Assembly (NCBI GenBank): GCA_918797485.1
Contig: CAKKNE010000003.1
Coordinates: 4,030,001-4,094,000, forward strand
Source: Pelagomonas calceolata
Taxonomy: Eukaryota
DNA: 64,000 nt
Direction of reading: 5' to 3'
Positions 1-22,578 of this stretch are shown here, one piece after another. Position 1 is the first letter of the stretch. Every line of letters starts with the position of its first letter. The position numbers were made by a program, and so were the translations under genes. The notes under the pieces were generated by a model. It ran no database searches, was not told the origin of the DNA, and saw nothing but the letters and a program-made list of their open reading frames with translations.

Positions 1-227
1 TCCTCGACTCTCTGCGTACGTCCCAGAAGAGCGATTCATCGGCGAAAATAATTTAGCTAGTATCTTACCGGCGCTAGCTAATTACACAAGATCGACAGAC
101 GCGCACTTTTTGTCCTTCTCACGCTGGCTGTGCGCCCTAAACTCGCCCGTTGAGTGATTTCCGACAAGCCTGTCTGTGCGGCCAGCCCTGGTGAAAGCGC
201 GGTCCGCCCCGAAAGCGCAGCCGCGCC

Positions 228-2048
228 ATGCAGCTGCTGAATGTGCTAGCTCTCCTTTTCGGCTGCCCATGCGGCGCCTTCGCCCCGACGACGAGACGGC
301 CCCGGCTCACGCTCAGGTCGACGCCGACGGAAGCCGAGATCGACGTCGACGCGCTGCGGGACGCCGTCGCCTGCGCCGAGGGCGATTGCGCGGCCCGCAC
401 GTACCACGTCGACCAGCTCAAGTCCACGCTCGAAGCCGCCATCGGCGACCAGCTCGAGGCCCAGAAGGCCCTGGACGACGCGAAACGGGCGTTACGCGAC
501 GGCGAGGCGCTCGACGCGCGGGCGCGCGCCGAGGCGGAGCGCCAAGCGGCGCGGGACAAGGCCGAGGCCGAGCGTAGAGAGTTGGAGGAGCGCCGCGCCG
601 CGGAGGCCGCCGAGCGCGAGGCCGCGGCCCAGGCGGCGCGCGAGAGGGCGGACGCGGAGCGGCGCGCGTTCGAGGAGCGCCGCGCCGCCGAGGCGCAGGC
701 CGCGCGCGACAAGGCCGAGGCCGAGAAGCGCGAGCTCGAGGCTAAGAGAATCGCCGATGCGGAAGCTAGGGAAGCGGAAGCGGCGGCCGCGAAGGAGCGC
801 GCCGAAATCGAACGGCGCGAGCTCGAGGCGAGGAGAATAGCGGAAGCGGAAGCTCGGGAAGCGGAGGCGGCGGCCGCGAAGGAGCGCGCCGAAATCGAAC
901 GGCGCGAGCTCGAGGCGAGGAGAATAGCGGAAGCGGAAGCTCGGGAAGCGGAGGCGGCGGCGGCGCGCGAGCGCGCGGACGCGGAGCGGAAAGCGCGCGA
1001 GGCCGCGGCGGCCGAGGCGCGCGTAACGGCCGAGCGCGAGCGTGCCGAGGCGGCGGCGCGCGCCGCGGCGGAGACCGCGGCGCGCGAGGCCGAGGCCCAG
1101 GCGGCGCGGGAGCGGGCCGAGCGCGAGCGCGCGGACCTCGAGGCCCGGCGCGCCGCCGAGGCCGAGGCCCAGCGCGTGGCGCGAGCCAAGGCGGACGCCG
1201 AGAGTGAAGCCAGGCGCAAAGCCGAGGCGGAGGCGCGCCAGGCCGAGATCGAGGCGAAGCGCGTCGCCGACGCCGAGGCCGCGCGGCTCGCCGACGTCGC
1301 GCGGCAAACTAAGGCCGCCGAGCGGCGCGACCGCATGGACGAGGTCAAAGCGAAGATCAAGTCGGCATCACGGAAAGGCAAGGCCGTCGGCCTGCCGGCC
1401 ATGCTCGGCGTGAATTTGAACTTCGGTCCTGACGACGAGGGCGGCGAGCAGGGCCCGAGCGACACGCCGGCGGCGGCGACGCCCGAGCCATCAACGGGCT
1501 ACGTCCCCGACGGCCTCACGAAGGAGCAGTACGCCGCGATCAAAGCCAAAGAACAAAAATCAACCAATCTGGGAGCGTGGGGTAGTAAAGTCGGCGGCGC
1601 GTCGGGGCCGCAAAGGGGCGACCTCATGTCGCAGCCCACCATCTGGACCGACCCGGCGAAGTTCTTCCGGGAAGATCAAAAGTTGAAATACGAGGCGGCC
1701 CAGTCCGACGCGTCGCGGCCGAACATCTACGCGTCGGGCGAGAGTTCTTTTGAGCAGTGGCAGTCGAAGCTGATCAACGACCTCTCGGCGAAGAAGCCTG
1801 AGCCGACGCCGGTCGCGGAAGAGGTGGATCCCGAGGCGGCGGAGGCGAAGAACCAGGAGATCGTGCAGGCGCTCGGCGCGGTCGCGGCGGCGGGCGCCGG
1901 GGCGCTCGTGGTTGCCGGAGTTGTGGAGGCCGAAGCAGCGATAGCGACCGGTACCGCGGCGGCGGCGGTGCTGGGCACGGTCGTGTCGTCGGCCGTGGCC
2001 GCGAAGCAAGCGGCAGATAATGATGATGAGGGGGAGAATAAGGAATAG
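228..2048 (+). CDS. Plastid-targeted (predicted) Ala/Glu/Arg-rich coiled-coil protein with C-terminal hydrophobic segment
   Basis: 606-aa ORF; signal peptide plus 'GAFAP' bipartite motif; 87-bp (29-aa) internal tandem repeats at about 730-990. Confidence 0.75.
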   Translation: MQLLNVLALLFGCPCGAFAPTTRRPRLTLRSTPTEAEIDVDALRDAVACAEGDCAARTYHVDQLKSTLEAAIGDQLEAQKALDDAKRALRDGEALDARARAEAERQAARDKAEAERRELEERRAAEAAEREAAAQAARERADAERRAFEERRAAEAQAARDKAEAEKRELEAKRIADAEAREAEAAAAKERAEIERRELEARRIAEAEAREAEAAAAKERAEIERRELEARRIAEAEAREAEAAAARERADAERKAREAAAAEARVTAERERAEAAARAAAETAAREAEAQAARERAERERADLEARRAAEAEAQRVARAKADAESEARRKAEAEARQAEIEAKRVADAEAARLADVARQTKAAERRDRMDEVKAKIKSASRKGKAVGLPAMLGVNLNFGPDDEGGEQGPSDTPAAATPEPSTGYVPDGLTKEQYAAIKAKEQKSTNLGAWGSKVGGASGPQRGDLMSQPTIWTDPAKFFREDQKLKYEAAQSDASRPNIYASGESSFEQWQSKLINDLSAKKPEPTPVAEEVDPEAAEAKNQEIVQALGAVAAAGAGALVVAGVVEAEAAIATGTAAAAVLGTVVSSAVAAKQAADNDDEGENKE

Positions 2049-2078
2049 TCGAATATATAATGATTACTTATGCACAAA

Positions 2079-3714
2079 TCAGGCGCCGAATAATGCGTGG
2101 ACGCCGAAGGAGCTGTAGGTCGTCGCCGACGACGTGAGCAGCTGCACCAAACAGGCACAACCGACGGACGCGCGGTGGAAGCGGACCGTCGCCGAGACGC
2201 GGCCGTTCGCCGCAATTGTCAGAGACGCCACCGATAGAAAACAGAGCGCCAGGACGAGGCCGAGCTGGAGGAACGTGTACATGACGAACGCGTCGGCGTC
2301 GCGCCGGTAGACCGCGCGGAGGCCGAGCGCCGTCAGCGGCAGCGCGAGGACGGCCGCCAGTAGGGCGGTGCCCGTGAAGGCGCCGGCGTCCTTTGAGAGC
2401 AGGACGCCAGCGGCCACGGCAGCGACGACGAACGCCGCCAGCACCTGCGCGAGTGCCAGGACCTCAAACCTACGAATGGGCCGCGGCTTCTTCGGCGCGC
2501 TCGCCTCCTCCGAGCCTTCCGAGGGCGGGGCGTCGCCGGTCTCCATCTGCTCGAGCTTGACGTCGTCGGCGACCTCGAGGGGCAGCAGCGGCGCCTCGAG
2601 GGGCCGTTCGGGCGACGCGTCGGGCGGCCAGAGCTCGTCGAGCTCGGCCGACGACGATCTGCGCTCGAGCGGCGCCGGCGCGAGCGCGCCCTCGACCGGC
2701 GGGCTCACGGGCCGCGCCGGCGTCGTCGCCGCGCCGGCGGACTCGTCCGAGTCGCGGCCTACCATTGACGCGCAGAGTGACGCCGCGACGGCGGCCGGCG
2801 GCCGCGCGTGGTCTCCATCGACGTCGACGCCGCCCTCGACCCGCTCCACGACGCCGTCGCCCAAAGCCGCGCGCACCTCTTCCCGCCCTGTGTGATGACC
2901 CGCTCAGTGGGACGTCGCGTTGCGAAGGCCCGTTGAAGACACTGACACGCACAGTCCGTCCGCGCCGTCACGATCTTTATCTTGTCGCGCGTCGCCGGGT
3001 CGATGAACGGCCGGACAGTGCGCCAGACGAGGCCGAATACGCCTGCGCGGTCGCGCGTGAGACGCCGTCGCCGCGTCCCCGGACGCCGCGGGCCGCACCG
3101 GGCGCGTTGATTATGAAAGTGACGCCCATGCGCTCGGGGTAGTGGCTCTGGTCATGCGCCGCGATGGCCTTGACGAGCCAGATGAAGTCCTTGTTGATGT
3201 GCTTCCCGATCGTCATGCCGGCGACGTCGAGGATCACGGCCATCGTGCCGTCGCCGCGATTCCTACTCCGGAGGGCGTCGAGCATCGCCGTGGCGCGTTC
3301 CTGCTCCCAGGCGTGGTATTTCACGACGTTCTCGAGCGGCACGACGGTCTTGAGCTTCTTTACTACACAACAAGCATAAGCTTGATAGAAGGTCAGGCGG
3401 CCCGCGCTGTCCAAACCTACACAGCGGCGGCGGTAGTATTCTGCCAGCACATCGGGCGATTGACCGAGGACGTCGGCCGGCGGCGTCGATCTTAGTGAAG
3501 CGGCGTCCTCCGCTTTCCTCCACTCGTAGTCCTCGCGGAGGAACGCGAGCGCCGCGTCGGGGTCGCCGCGCCGCGCTCTTGCGAAGCGGGCCAAGACGTC
3601 GTCGGCGGCGTCGACGCAGTAGACGTCCGTGAACTCGGGAAAGTTGGCGGTTCGCTCGGCCGCGAACAGCGCGCGGAGGCGCTCGAGGTCGGAGCTGGCT
3701 TCTTCGGCCCTCAT
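2079..3714 (-). CDS. CRAL-TRIO (Sec14-like) lipid-binding protein with C-terminal multi-TM region; introns 3043-3098 and 2888-2952
   Basis: Motifs LARFARAR and HYPERMG..IINAP; splicing gives NAPGVFGLVWRTVRPFIDPATRDKIKIV and joins the 2079-2876 ORF in frame. Confidence 0.8.
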
Positions 3715-4218
3715 GGCTGCCGGCGAATGCTGCCAGCGTGCGAAGCGCTCTCCGAGGTGAGGTGCTCTCTTAGATGCAAGACTGTGGGGAGTGCTCAAGC
3801 GCTGCTTTCAGACCTAAAGGGCAAAGCGGCGTCGCCTATGGGTATGGTTGAGCAAACCGACGATCGCTTACAGCGTGGCACTATCTGCGCGGCGCGTTCA
3901 AAGCGGCCTAAGAGGTTGCGCCGCAGACGCTGCCAGGCCGAACGCACACACCGGGAACCGTCCTGCACGTTGGCCCAGCCCTGCCTCCGGAAGGATCGGG
4001 TCCCGCGACGGCTGAAAGTTTGAATTCGGACGTCCAAAATAGGCGATGAGCCCCGGCATCGACGAGGCAAAAACGCTGGTGCATCGCCGCAGTATTGCTC
4101 CGCAGCAGTACAGCACTGCAGCATCGCTCAGCACTCATACACGAGGCGCAGCGCTGCGAGTTCAATCGCTGCAAAAATCGCTCCCGTCGCTGCAAAACAG
4201 CAAGCCTGACAGGACACC

Positions 4219-6171
4219 ATGGCATCCTTCGAAGGCGATGCTGGTCCCGTGCTAGGTATCGACCTAGGCACGACGTTTTCGTGTGTTGCCGTCTACGACG
4301 ACGCCGAAAAAAAAGTGAAAGTCCTGGAGAACAGCGAAGGAGCCAGAACAACACCGAGTTACGTCGCCTTCACGGAGACCGGTCGATTGGTAGGAGCCGC
4401 CGCCAAGTCCCAAGCAGCAAGCAACGCCAAGGGCACGTTGTTCGACGTGAAACGCATTATTGGGCGGACGTTTCAAGATCATGTGGTGCAGGACGAGTGC
4501 AAGCGCTTGCCGTTTCCGGTCCGCGAGCACCCTTCCAAATCCAAGAGACCTTTAGTTGAGGTGAGATGGCGCGGCGAGACGAAGCAGTTCGCGCCCGAGG
4601 AAGTCAGCGCCATGGTCCTGCAGGAGATGGCCGACATCGCCGCGAAAAAACTCGGCAGAGAAATTACGAGAGCGGTCATCACGGTGCCCGCGCATTTCAA
4701 CGACCAACAGCGCCAGGCCACCAAAGACGCTGGTAGAATTGCCGGTCTGGAGGTTCTGCGGATCATCAACGAGCCGACGGCCGCGGCCCTGGCGTACGGG
4801 CTGCACGACCTCGCTACCAAGTCCTCCGAGGTCGGGCGAGTGTTAATTTTCGACCTGGGCGGCGGTACGTTTGACGTCAGTGTGTTACAGTTGGAGGGCG
4901 GGGTGTTTGCCGTGCAAGCGACCGGCGGCGACACGCACCTGGGCGGCGAGGACTTCGACGCGCGGCTCGTCGACCACGTCATCCGCGCCCACGCGAGGAA
5001 AGCCTGCGGCCCGAAGATCAAGAACGTCAAGAACGGCCACAAAAATCAGAAAGGCTCTTCCGCGGCAGAAAAAAAGAGAAAACAGGAAGAACAACAAATT
5101 ATTGGGAAACTGAAGGCCGACCCCAAGGCCATGCGCCGACTGGCTCGATTATGTGAGAACGCGAAACGGGAGCTGTCCACCGCCGAGGACGCCGAGGTCG
5201 AGGCCGAGGAATTGCAGCCCGGTCTGGACCTGAAAGTCCGCGTCACGCGCCAGGCCTTCGAGGGGCTCTGTGCGGACCTCTTTGAGTCGTGTTTAAATAC
5301 GGTGGAGAGCGTCGTGAGGGATGCGGGCTGCCAGATGAGCGACATCACCGAGTGCGTTTTGGTAGGTGGTTCCACGCGAGTCCCCAAACTGCAGGAGAAG
5401 CTGTATGCCCAGTTTGGTGGGCGGCTGGAGCTGTGCAAGACGGTGCACCCCGACGAGGCCGTTGCCGTGGGTGCTGCGGTGCAAGGCGCCATATTGCGAG
5501 CTGGGTTGACGGGTGGCGGGCAAGATCTCGCGCCAGAAAGCTGCCAAGACTTGGTATTGTTGGATGTGACTCCATTATCGCTAGGCATCGAGCTGGAGGG
5601 CGGGCACATGTCCACACTGATCAAACGATCGACAGCCATACCCTGTAGCAAGACGAGAGAATATACAACAGTAGAAGACTTCCAGACGCAAATTGATGTT
5701 TGTGTCTATGAAGGAGAAAGACCTCATGTCAGCGGCAACAACAAGCTAGGCGAGTTCTCGGTCGAAGGTCTATATAGGGGTAAAGCTGGAGAGGCTAAGG
5801 TTGATGTGACCTTCGCATTGGACGCGAACGGCATCCTCTCCGTCTCCGCGCGAGATACGGTGACGAACGCGTCCGCCGAGACGACGATCAAGGCCGACCG
5901 CGGCCGCTTGGACGAAGATGATATAAGAAGGATGATCGAGGACGCGAAAAAAATGAGGGAAGGCGACTCGCAGTTCGCGGAGAAGGCGCGCCTGCGGAAC
6001 GCGTTGGAGGAGGCCTGCTACGCCGCGAACAAGACGGCGTCTGGCAAATCCAAGGCGCAGCTCGACGACCTGTTGGAGTGGCTCGAGTACGACGCGGAGG
6101 ACGCCGACATGGATGCCTTGGTGGAAAGGGTGGCGACGCTGAGGGCGGACTTCGGGGTCGTGGTTAAGTAG
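4219..6171 (+). CDS. HSP70: Hsp70 family chaperone (divergent, no EEVD)
   Basis: GIDLGTT, TTPSYVAF, TVPAHFND, IINEPTAAA, DLGGGTFD, LLDVTPLSLG motifs. Confidence 0.95.
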   Translation: MASFEGDAGPVLGIDLGTTFSCVAVYDDAEKKVKVLENSEGARTTPSYVAFTETGRLVGAAAKSQAASNAKGTLFDVKRIIGRTFQDHVVQDECKRLPFPVREHPSKSKRPLVEVRWRGETKQFAPEEVSAMVLQEMADIAAKKLGREITRAVITVPAHFNDQQRQATKDAGRIAGLEVLRIINEPTAAALAYGLHDLATKSSEVGRVLIFDLGGGTFDVSVLQLEGGVFAVQATGGDTHLGGEDFDARLVDHVIRAHARKACGPKIKNVKNGHKNQKGSSAAEKKRKQEEQQIIGKLKADPKAMRRLARLCENAKRELSTAEDAEVEAEELQPGLDLKVRVTRQAFEGLCADLFESCLNTVESVVRDAGCQMSDITECVLVGGSTRVPKLQEKLYAQFGGRLELCKTVHPDEAVAVGAAVQGAILRAGLTGGGQDLAPESCQDLVLLDVTPLSLGIELEGGHMSTLIKRSTAIPCSKTREYTTVEDFQTQIDVCVYEGERPHVSGNNKLGEFSVEGLYRGKAGEAKVDVTFALDANGILSVSARDTVTNASAETTIKADRGRLDEDDIRRMIEDAKKMREGDSQFAEKARLRNALEEACYAANKTASGKSKAQLDDLLEWLEYDAEDADMDALVERVATLRADFGVVVK

Positions 6172-6176
6172 GAGTC

Positions 6177-9303
<3,127 letters not shown>

Positions 9304-9673
9304 CCCAGCGCTTATGATACCTCCATCTGTTCAGATGAAAGGGCAGCCCAGCGGTGGCAGGCGGCCTGCCCACGCAAGTGGTGCTCGCGAGAGGAGCGTT
9401 ACTGAGTTCTGTGGGGCAGCCGTTGGGGCCCCGCGGAGACGCGAGACCGGAGGCGTTCCGCCTCGAAAATCCTGCGGGGCCCCGCACGCGCGCTCGCGCC
9501 TCGATGGAGCAGGCACTCCTCCAGCTCCCTTTCACCGCGTAGATTACAGCTCTTCCACGAGAAGGAAGCTCGCGACGGCCAACGCGCCGCGCGCGCGCAT
9601 CGCCCGGCCGCGGCCTGCTGAATTTTTACTAGGGGCTCCGCCCACTAGTCCTAGCACCGTAACAATCACCTGA

Positions 9674-9859
9674 ATATCCGATAGATACGGCGGCGTCGGC
9701 TTCTACGCCGTCGACGTCGACGCCGCGAAGCCCGTGTCGCAGGCGCACGGCGTCTCGTCGATGCCGACCTTCGTGTTCTTCAAGGGCGGGAAGGAGATCG
9801 AGCGCTTCTCGGGCGCGGACGAGAACAAGCTGAGCCAGCTCATCGAGCGGCTGAAGTAG
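9674..9859 (+). pseudogene. C-terminal half of a thioredoxin (fragment)
   Basis: FYAVDVDAAKPVSQAHGVSSMPTFVFFKGGKEIERFSGADENKL..*; in-frame TGA immediately upstream; no WCGPC exon seen nearby. Confidence 0.7.
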
Positions 9860-9908
9860 TCTCCTAAGTCTATGTTTCTAGTGTCTGCGGCGATGGCGTG
9901 TGGCCTCA

Positions 9909-13973
<4,065 letters not shown>

Positions 13974-14729
13974 CCTAGCAAGTGGTTGCTGCCTTGGGCA
14001 GCCCAAACGCTACGGAAATGGCATCAGTGCCGCCGCGGCACTGCAGAATCGCGCGCGGTGCGAGGCGGAAGCAGCTCCTTTGCTCTCGTCGACAGCGCAA
14101 CGCGAGAGCCCAGCGCCCACAAGGCGTTCGAACCCGCACCCCTGAGGACCGGTCAAGAGCGGTCGTCGGGGCGAGTGATACCCGGGTTCACTCCGTCCGG
14201 AAGTGCGCAGACCAGGCCGGGATTGCGAGCCTGCGTTGTGCGGATGGGGACCGCGCGGCGCGGGCTTGTCGCCTGCGGGCCGCGTTCGTGGCGACTCCCA
14301 GTTTTTAGAGTGGCTCCTCCTCCTCCTTTCCTGCCGAGGAGTTTCGACGCTCCAGGAGTTAGAGAGAGAGAGTCGCTTATTGAACCCACCCCCAGGTAGT
14401 ACGGACCCCGAACGAGTTACCTATCGTCAAAGACACTAGGAAGCGAATCGACGTAATTTTTTGTGCGGCTTGTGAGCCTTGGCTGCTGCAATAAAAAGCA
14501 GGTAGAGTCAGTCGCAGCGTCAATCATCATTCATTTCGGGCGTGCTGCCGCAATTTTGCAGCAAAACTTCGCACGAGACACGCCCGTCGGCGCCCGTCGG
14601 CGTCCGATGGGAGAGGCCCGATCGAAAAAGTGCCTACGTGAGCCGTCGGACGGAGCCGCACCGCGACCGGCTGCGCGCGGCACGACGCCGACGCAGACAC
14701 GCCGACCGACCGTCGACCACGCAGGCACG

Positions 14730-15848
14730 ATGACGACGCCCCCGCCCGGCGCCCACAAGACGTTACAAATAGAGGCCAACCCGAACGTGGCCCTCATCAC
14801 TGGCATCACGGGCCAGGACGGCTCGTATTTGGCCGAGTTTTTATTAGGCAAGGGCTACACGGTCCACGGCATCATCCGGCGCAGCTCGTCGTTCAACACG
14901 GGCCGCATCGAGCACTTGTATCGCGACAAGCACGATCAGGACGTGAAACTATTTTTGCACTACGGCGACCTCACGGACTCCTCGAACCTCTTCCACATCA
15001 TCTCGACGGTGCGGCCCTCGGAAGTCTACAACCTGGGCGCCATGTCGCACGTCAAGGTCTCGTTCGAGATGTCCGAGTACACGGCCGAGGCCGACGGCGT
15101 CGGCACGTTGCGTCTGTTGAACGCCATTCGGTCCGCGGGCCTCGAAAAGGCGACGCGCCTCTACCAGGCGTCCACCTCGGAGCTCTACGGCAAGGTCCAG
15201 GAGATCCCGCAGAAAGAAACCACACCCTTCTACCCGCGGTCGCCCTACGGCGTCGCGAAGCAGTACGCCTACTGGATGCTCATCAACTACCGCGAGGCCT
15301 ACGGCATGCACCTGACGAACGGCATCCTCTTCAACCACGAGTCGCCGCGCCGCGGCCCGACGTTCGTCACGCGCAAGATCACGCGGGCCGTCGCGCGCAT
15401 CAGCCAGGGCAAGATGAAGACCTTATATCTGGGCAACCTCGACGCGAAGCGCGACTGGGGCCACGCGCGCGACTACGTCGAGGGCATGTGGCTCATGGTC
15501 CAGCGCGACGAGCCTGATGATTATGTCCTCAGCACGGGCGAGTGCCACTCGGTCAAGGAGTTCTGCGAGGTCGCCTTCGCGCGCGTCGGCATCACCGTGC
15601 AGTGGAAGGGCGCGGCCGGCTCGGTGGACGAGATCGGCGTCGACGCGACGGACCCGAGCCGCGTCCTCGTCAAGGTCGACCCCAAGTACTTCCGGCCGAC
15701 GGAGGTCGATTTATTGGTCGGCGACTGCTCGAAGGCCAAGAAGCTCCTGGGCTGGGCGCCCAAGGTCACCTTCAAGGCGCTCGCCGAGGAGATGGTCGAC
15801 GCGGACCTCGCCGAGCTCCGGTCCGAGCTCGCGCGGGCGGGCCAGTAG
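14730..15848 (+). CDS. GMD: GDP-mannose 4,6-dehydratase
   Basis: [49 protein letters not shown]. Confidence 0.97.
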   Translation: MTTPPPGAHKTLQIEANPNVALITGITGQDGSYLAEFLLGKGYTVHGIIRRSSSFNTGRIEHLYRDKHDQDVKLFLHYGDLTDSSNLFHIISTVRPSEVYNLGAMSHVKVSFEMSEYTAEADGVGTLRLLNAIRSAGLEKATRLYQASTSELYGKVQEIPQKETTPFYPRSPYGVAKQYAYWMLINYREAYGMHLTNGILFNHESPRRGPTFVTRKITRAVARISQGKMKTLYLGNLDAKRDWGHARDYVEGMWLMVQRDEPDDYVLSTGECHSVKEFCEVAFARVGITVQWKGAAGSVDEIGVDATDPSRVLVKVDPKYFRPTEVDLLVGDCSKAKKLLGWAPKVTFKALAEEMVDADLAELRSELARAGQ

Positions 15849-15990
15849 TTCCCCCTCCCCTCTCCCAGCCCAGTCGTTGTCCGAAGTCATAAGTATGCAT
15901 ACTACAACCCAGTCGAGTCATCTCTCGTCTCGCGACGACGGCGTCGGCCCCGCCTCCACGCCATGGTGCGGTCACTAATAGGGGTAAGGT

Positions 15991-16245
15991 AAGGTATGTA
16001 AAACGGCTCGGGGGATTAAAGCTGCGCCTATCAGCGATCGGGGGTATTCCACCGGACATAGGAACCGTTATTACATTTATGATCGACCGACTTGACCACT
16101 CTCCAAAAAATCCCGCATGCTGCGCGAGCGTCGTCGTGGGGGAAAGGTATTTAAAACGAGCCGGGATTAAACCCTAAAATATATCAGCGACACCACTATT
16201 ACACAGGACATAGGAACCGGTATTAGATTCATGATCGACCGACTT
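15991..16245. repeat. Two diverged copies of an about 103-bp AT-richer element (15991-16093, 16144-16245)
   Basis: Shared aaggtat.taaaacg..gggattaaa..tatcagcga..ggacataggaaccg.tatta.att.atgatcgaccgactt. Confidence 0.8.
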
Positions 16246-16363
16246 TTTTTTTTACCGATGGATACTCCAGCCTTGCCCGGCACCGCCGCGGTGGTACCCC
16301 GAGGCGTGGGCGACCCCCCACGCCGTCGACGGGATCTCTAAAGAGCACTTACGCCCCCCTTCC

Positions 16364-20356
<3,993 letters not shown>

Positions 20357-20657
20357 CTAGTAGCCGGCTAGTGGCGCCCCGCGTCGCGTGATGGTCCTCC
20401 AGCCGTCGAACGGCGTCGCCTCGAGAGCTCCGCGCATCGTTCGGCGCCTCCGCGACTGCGTGGTAAAACCCGTTTTGCGACGAGTTTTGCTCGCGAACGC
20501 GCGCAGTTTTTGCGACTAAGGCACCGTCTTGCAAGCGCTACCTCTCCATTTCACTCTACGCACACGCGCGCAGCAGACCGCCGCGACGCGATCCACTCCT
20601 AGCGAGTGCAACCCCAGCTACAGCAGCTCCACTCGACGCCACCGCAGCGACGCAGCC

Positions 20658-20879
20658 ATGGGCCTCCTCACGCCCGCGGAAGGCATCAACTACAACTTTA
20701 TACTAGGTATGTACTCCTTTTTCCTGGCGCTCGGCGCGTTGTTCGCCGGACTGGAATTTGTGATGGGCGTGGACGCCGTCAAGGGCTTTTATTTAGTGTT
20801 CGCGCCCTTCGTCCCAGCGTTCATGTGGTGCACCGTCGTGCGGTCGGCGTGGCTGTCGGCGAAGGCGAAGAAGGATTGA
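20658..20879 (+). CDS. Small 73-aa two-TM membrane protein
   Basis: gccATGg start, two hydrophobic helices, ends AKAKKD. Confidence 0.65.
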   Translation: MGLLTPAEGINYNFILGMYSFFLALGALFAGLEFVMGVDAVKGFYLVFAPFVPAFMWCTVVRSAWLSAKAKKD

Positions 20880-20919
20880 TGCGTACCGCTGGCGACGACT
20901 TACCGCCACGCGAGGCGCG

Positions 20920-22122
20920 ATGCGGCGGGCGGCGCTCGGCTTGCGCGGGCGGCGCGGCGCCAGGGTGCTCGGCGCGGCGCGCGCGCCGCGGTCGCTGCAC
21001 GTGGCCGTAGTAGGCGGCGGAGTGGTGGGCGTCTCGACGGCAGACGAGCTCTTGAAGCGCGGCTGCCGGGTCACGCTGCTCGAGGCGACGCAGGAGGTCG
21101 CTGGTGTCTCGTCGGCCACGTGGGGCAACGCGGGGACGCTGTGGAAGAGCCTGCGGGGTACGACGCCGTGTGAGCCCGCCACGCTCTGGCGGACGCTGAA
21201 GCTGCTCGGCCGCGACCCCGGTCACGAGAAGAACGTCTTCATTAATAATAGCTGCCTGACCGACGCCGCGTTCTACCGCTGGGCGCTCGCGCTGGCGCGC
21301 TGTTCGAACCCGTCGGACTACGACTGGCCGACTGCGCACGGCGACGCGCAGCGCTATCTGCTCGAGCGCGCGGTGGCGCTCGGTGCCGGAGGCCTGAGGG
21401 TGGCCGGCGGCGAGGTGAGAAGCTCGAAAGGCGCCGTGCTCGCGTCTGATGCCAGCGACGCGCTCGGCGACTCTGCGCTGTACACGCAAGCGCTTGCCGA
21501 AGATTGCAAGGCGCGCGGTGTGCATGTGTGGACTAATGCGCCGGCGTCGCTGACGGCGAATGGCCTCGAGGTCGACGGGGCCTGCGTCGAAGCTGATGTA
21601 ATCGTCCTCTGCGCCGGCGCCGCATCCACGACATTGCTGCCGTTCTACGTACCGATCCACCCGTTGAGGGGCTACTCCATCACGGCGCGCGTGACGGACG
21701 CGGAGCGCGCCCCGGAGGCCTCGTTCTTTGTACACCCCAAGCACCTTTATTGTACGCGCCTCGACGAGGAGCGTGTCCGTTTTACCTGCTACGGCGAGTT
21801 CGTACCGCTTCGCAAGACGCCGCCCACCGCGGCGCTCGAGACGCGTCTCAAACGCTTGATCGATTATGCTGTGCCGGATGCGTCTGAGTGGAGCGACTTC
21901 GTTGACTGTGAGGTCTGGCACGGCGATCGACCGCTAACTCCGGACGGCCTGCCGCTCGTCGGAAAGCTGGCGCCCGGGCTGTATATCAACGCGGGCCACG
22001 GCTTCAACGGCTGGCGCGACGCGGGCATCACGGCTTCCTTCGTGGCGGGGCTCGTCGCCGGCGGCGAGGACGATGCTCCCGCCTACGTCGAGGCGTGGGC
22101 GCCGGGTAGGTTTAACTTGTAG
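20920..22122 (+). CDS. FAD-dependent oxidoreductase (D-amino acid dehydrogenase/DAO family)
   Basis: VVGGGVVG, SATWGNAG, RPLTPDGLP, NAGHGFNG. Confidence 0.88.
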   Translation: MRRAALGLRGRRGARVLGAARAPRSLHVAVVGGGVVGVSTADELLKRGCRVTLLEATQEVAGVSSATWGNAGTLWKSLRGTTPCEPATLWRTLKLLGRDPGHEKNVFINNSCLTDAAFYRWALALARCSNPSDYDWPTAHGDAQRYLLERAVALGAGGLRVAGGEVRSSKGAVLASDASDALGDSALYTQALAEDCKARGVHVWTNAPASLTANGLEVDGACVEADVIVLCAGAASTTLLPFYVPIHPLRGYSITARVTDAERAPEASFFVHPKHLYCTRLDEERVRFTCYGEFVPLRKTPPTAALETRLKRLIDYAVPDASEWSDFVDCEVWHGDRPLTPDGLPLVGKLAPGLYINAGHGFNGWRDAGITASFVAGLVAGGEDDAPAYVEAWAPGRFNL

Positions 22123-22578
22123 TTCCCTACTTGCTTTCTATTGTCACGGTGCTAGGACTACTCAGTGTCGCGTCGATGGCGTGGTCTTCCAGCTTTTTTT
22201 TTTTAGCATAGGGCCAAAAGCATGGTACCGTATAGTACTCTGAGATACAAAAGTACTTCAGTAAAAATATGTAAGGACACCGCGCGTCGCCGATTCATCG
22301 GCGGGCGCGTGCCGCGTCTTTCATAACAGCATACCTCTTCTAAGCCGAAAAAAACTTTCTAGTATGTTACAGCCCGCTACCTCTGAAAAAATAGTTGCCG
22401 TGTGACTAGGCTGCAACTGCTCTTTGCTCCTTGCTGCACCCACGCTTTTAAGCTACAGTGCCGCATATATCGTCGTAGCATCCGTCCGCTCATAGACCGC
22501 AACGGTCGTGCACGCTGCGCCTAGACACCGCTTTGTGTCGCCAGCCTCCAAGAGCAGCACTCCACACGAGCAGCACCC

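Noticed and set aside
137..1465. Long antisense or alternative-frame ORFs (also 13263-14399, 20821-21921, 34491-35597, 52754-53737)
   Set aside because: Shadow ORFs expected in high-GC coding DNA opposite genuine genes; no motifs
14463..14729. N-terminal extensions given by the ORF track (also 32636-33241, 45345-45776)
   Set aside because: They begin at GTG/TTG codons; eukaryotic starts are the downstream ATGs
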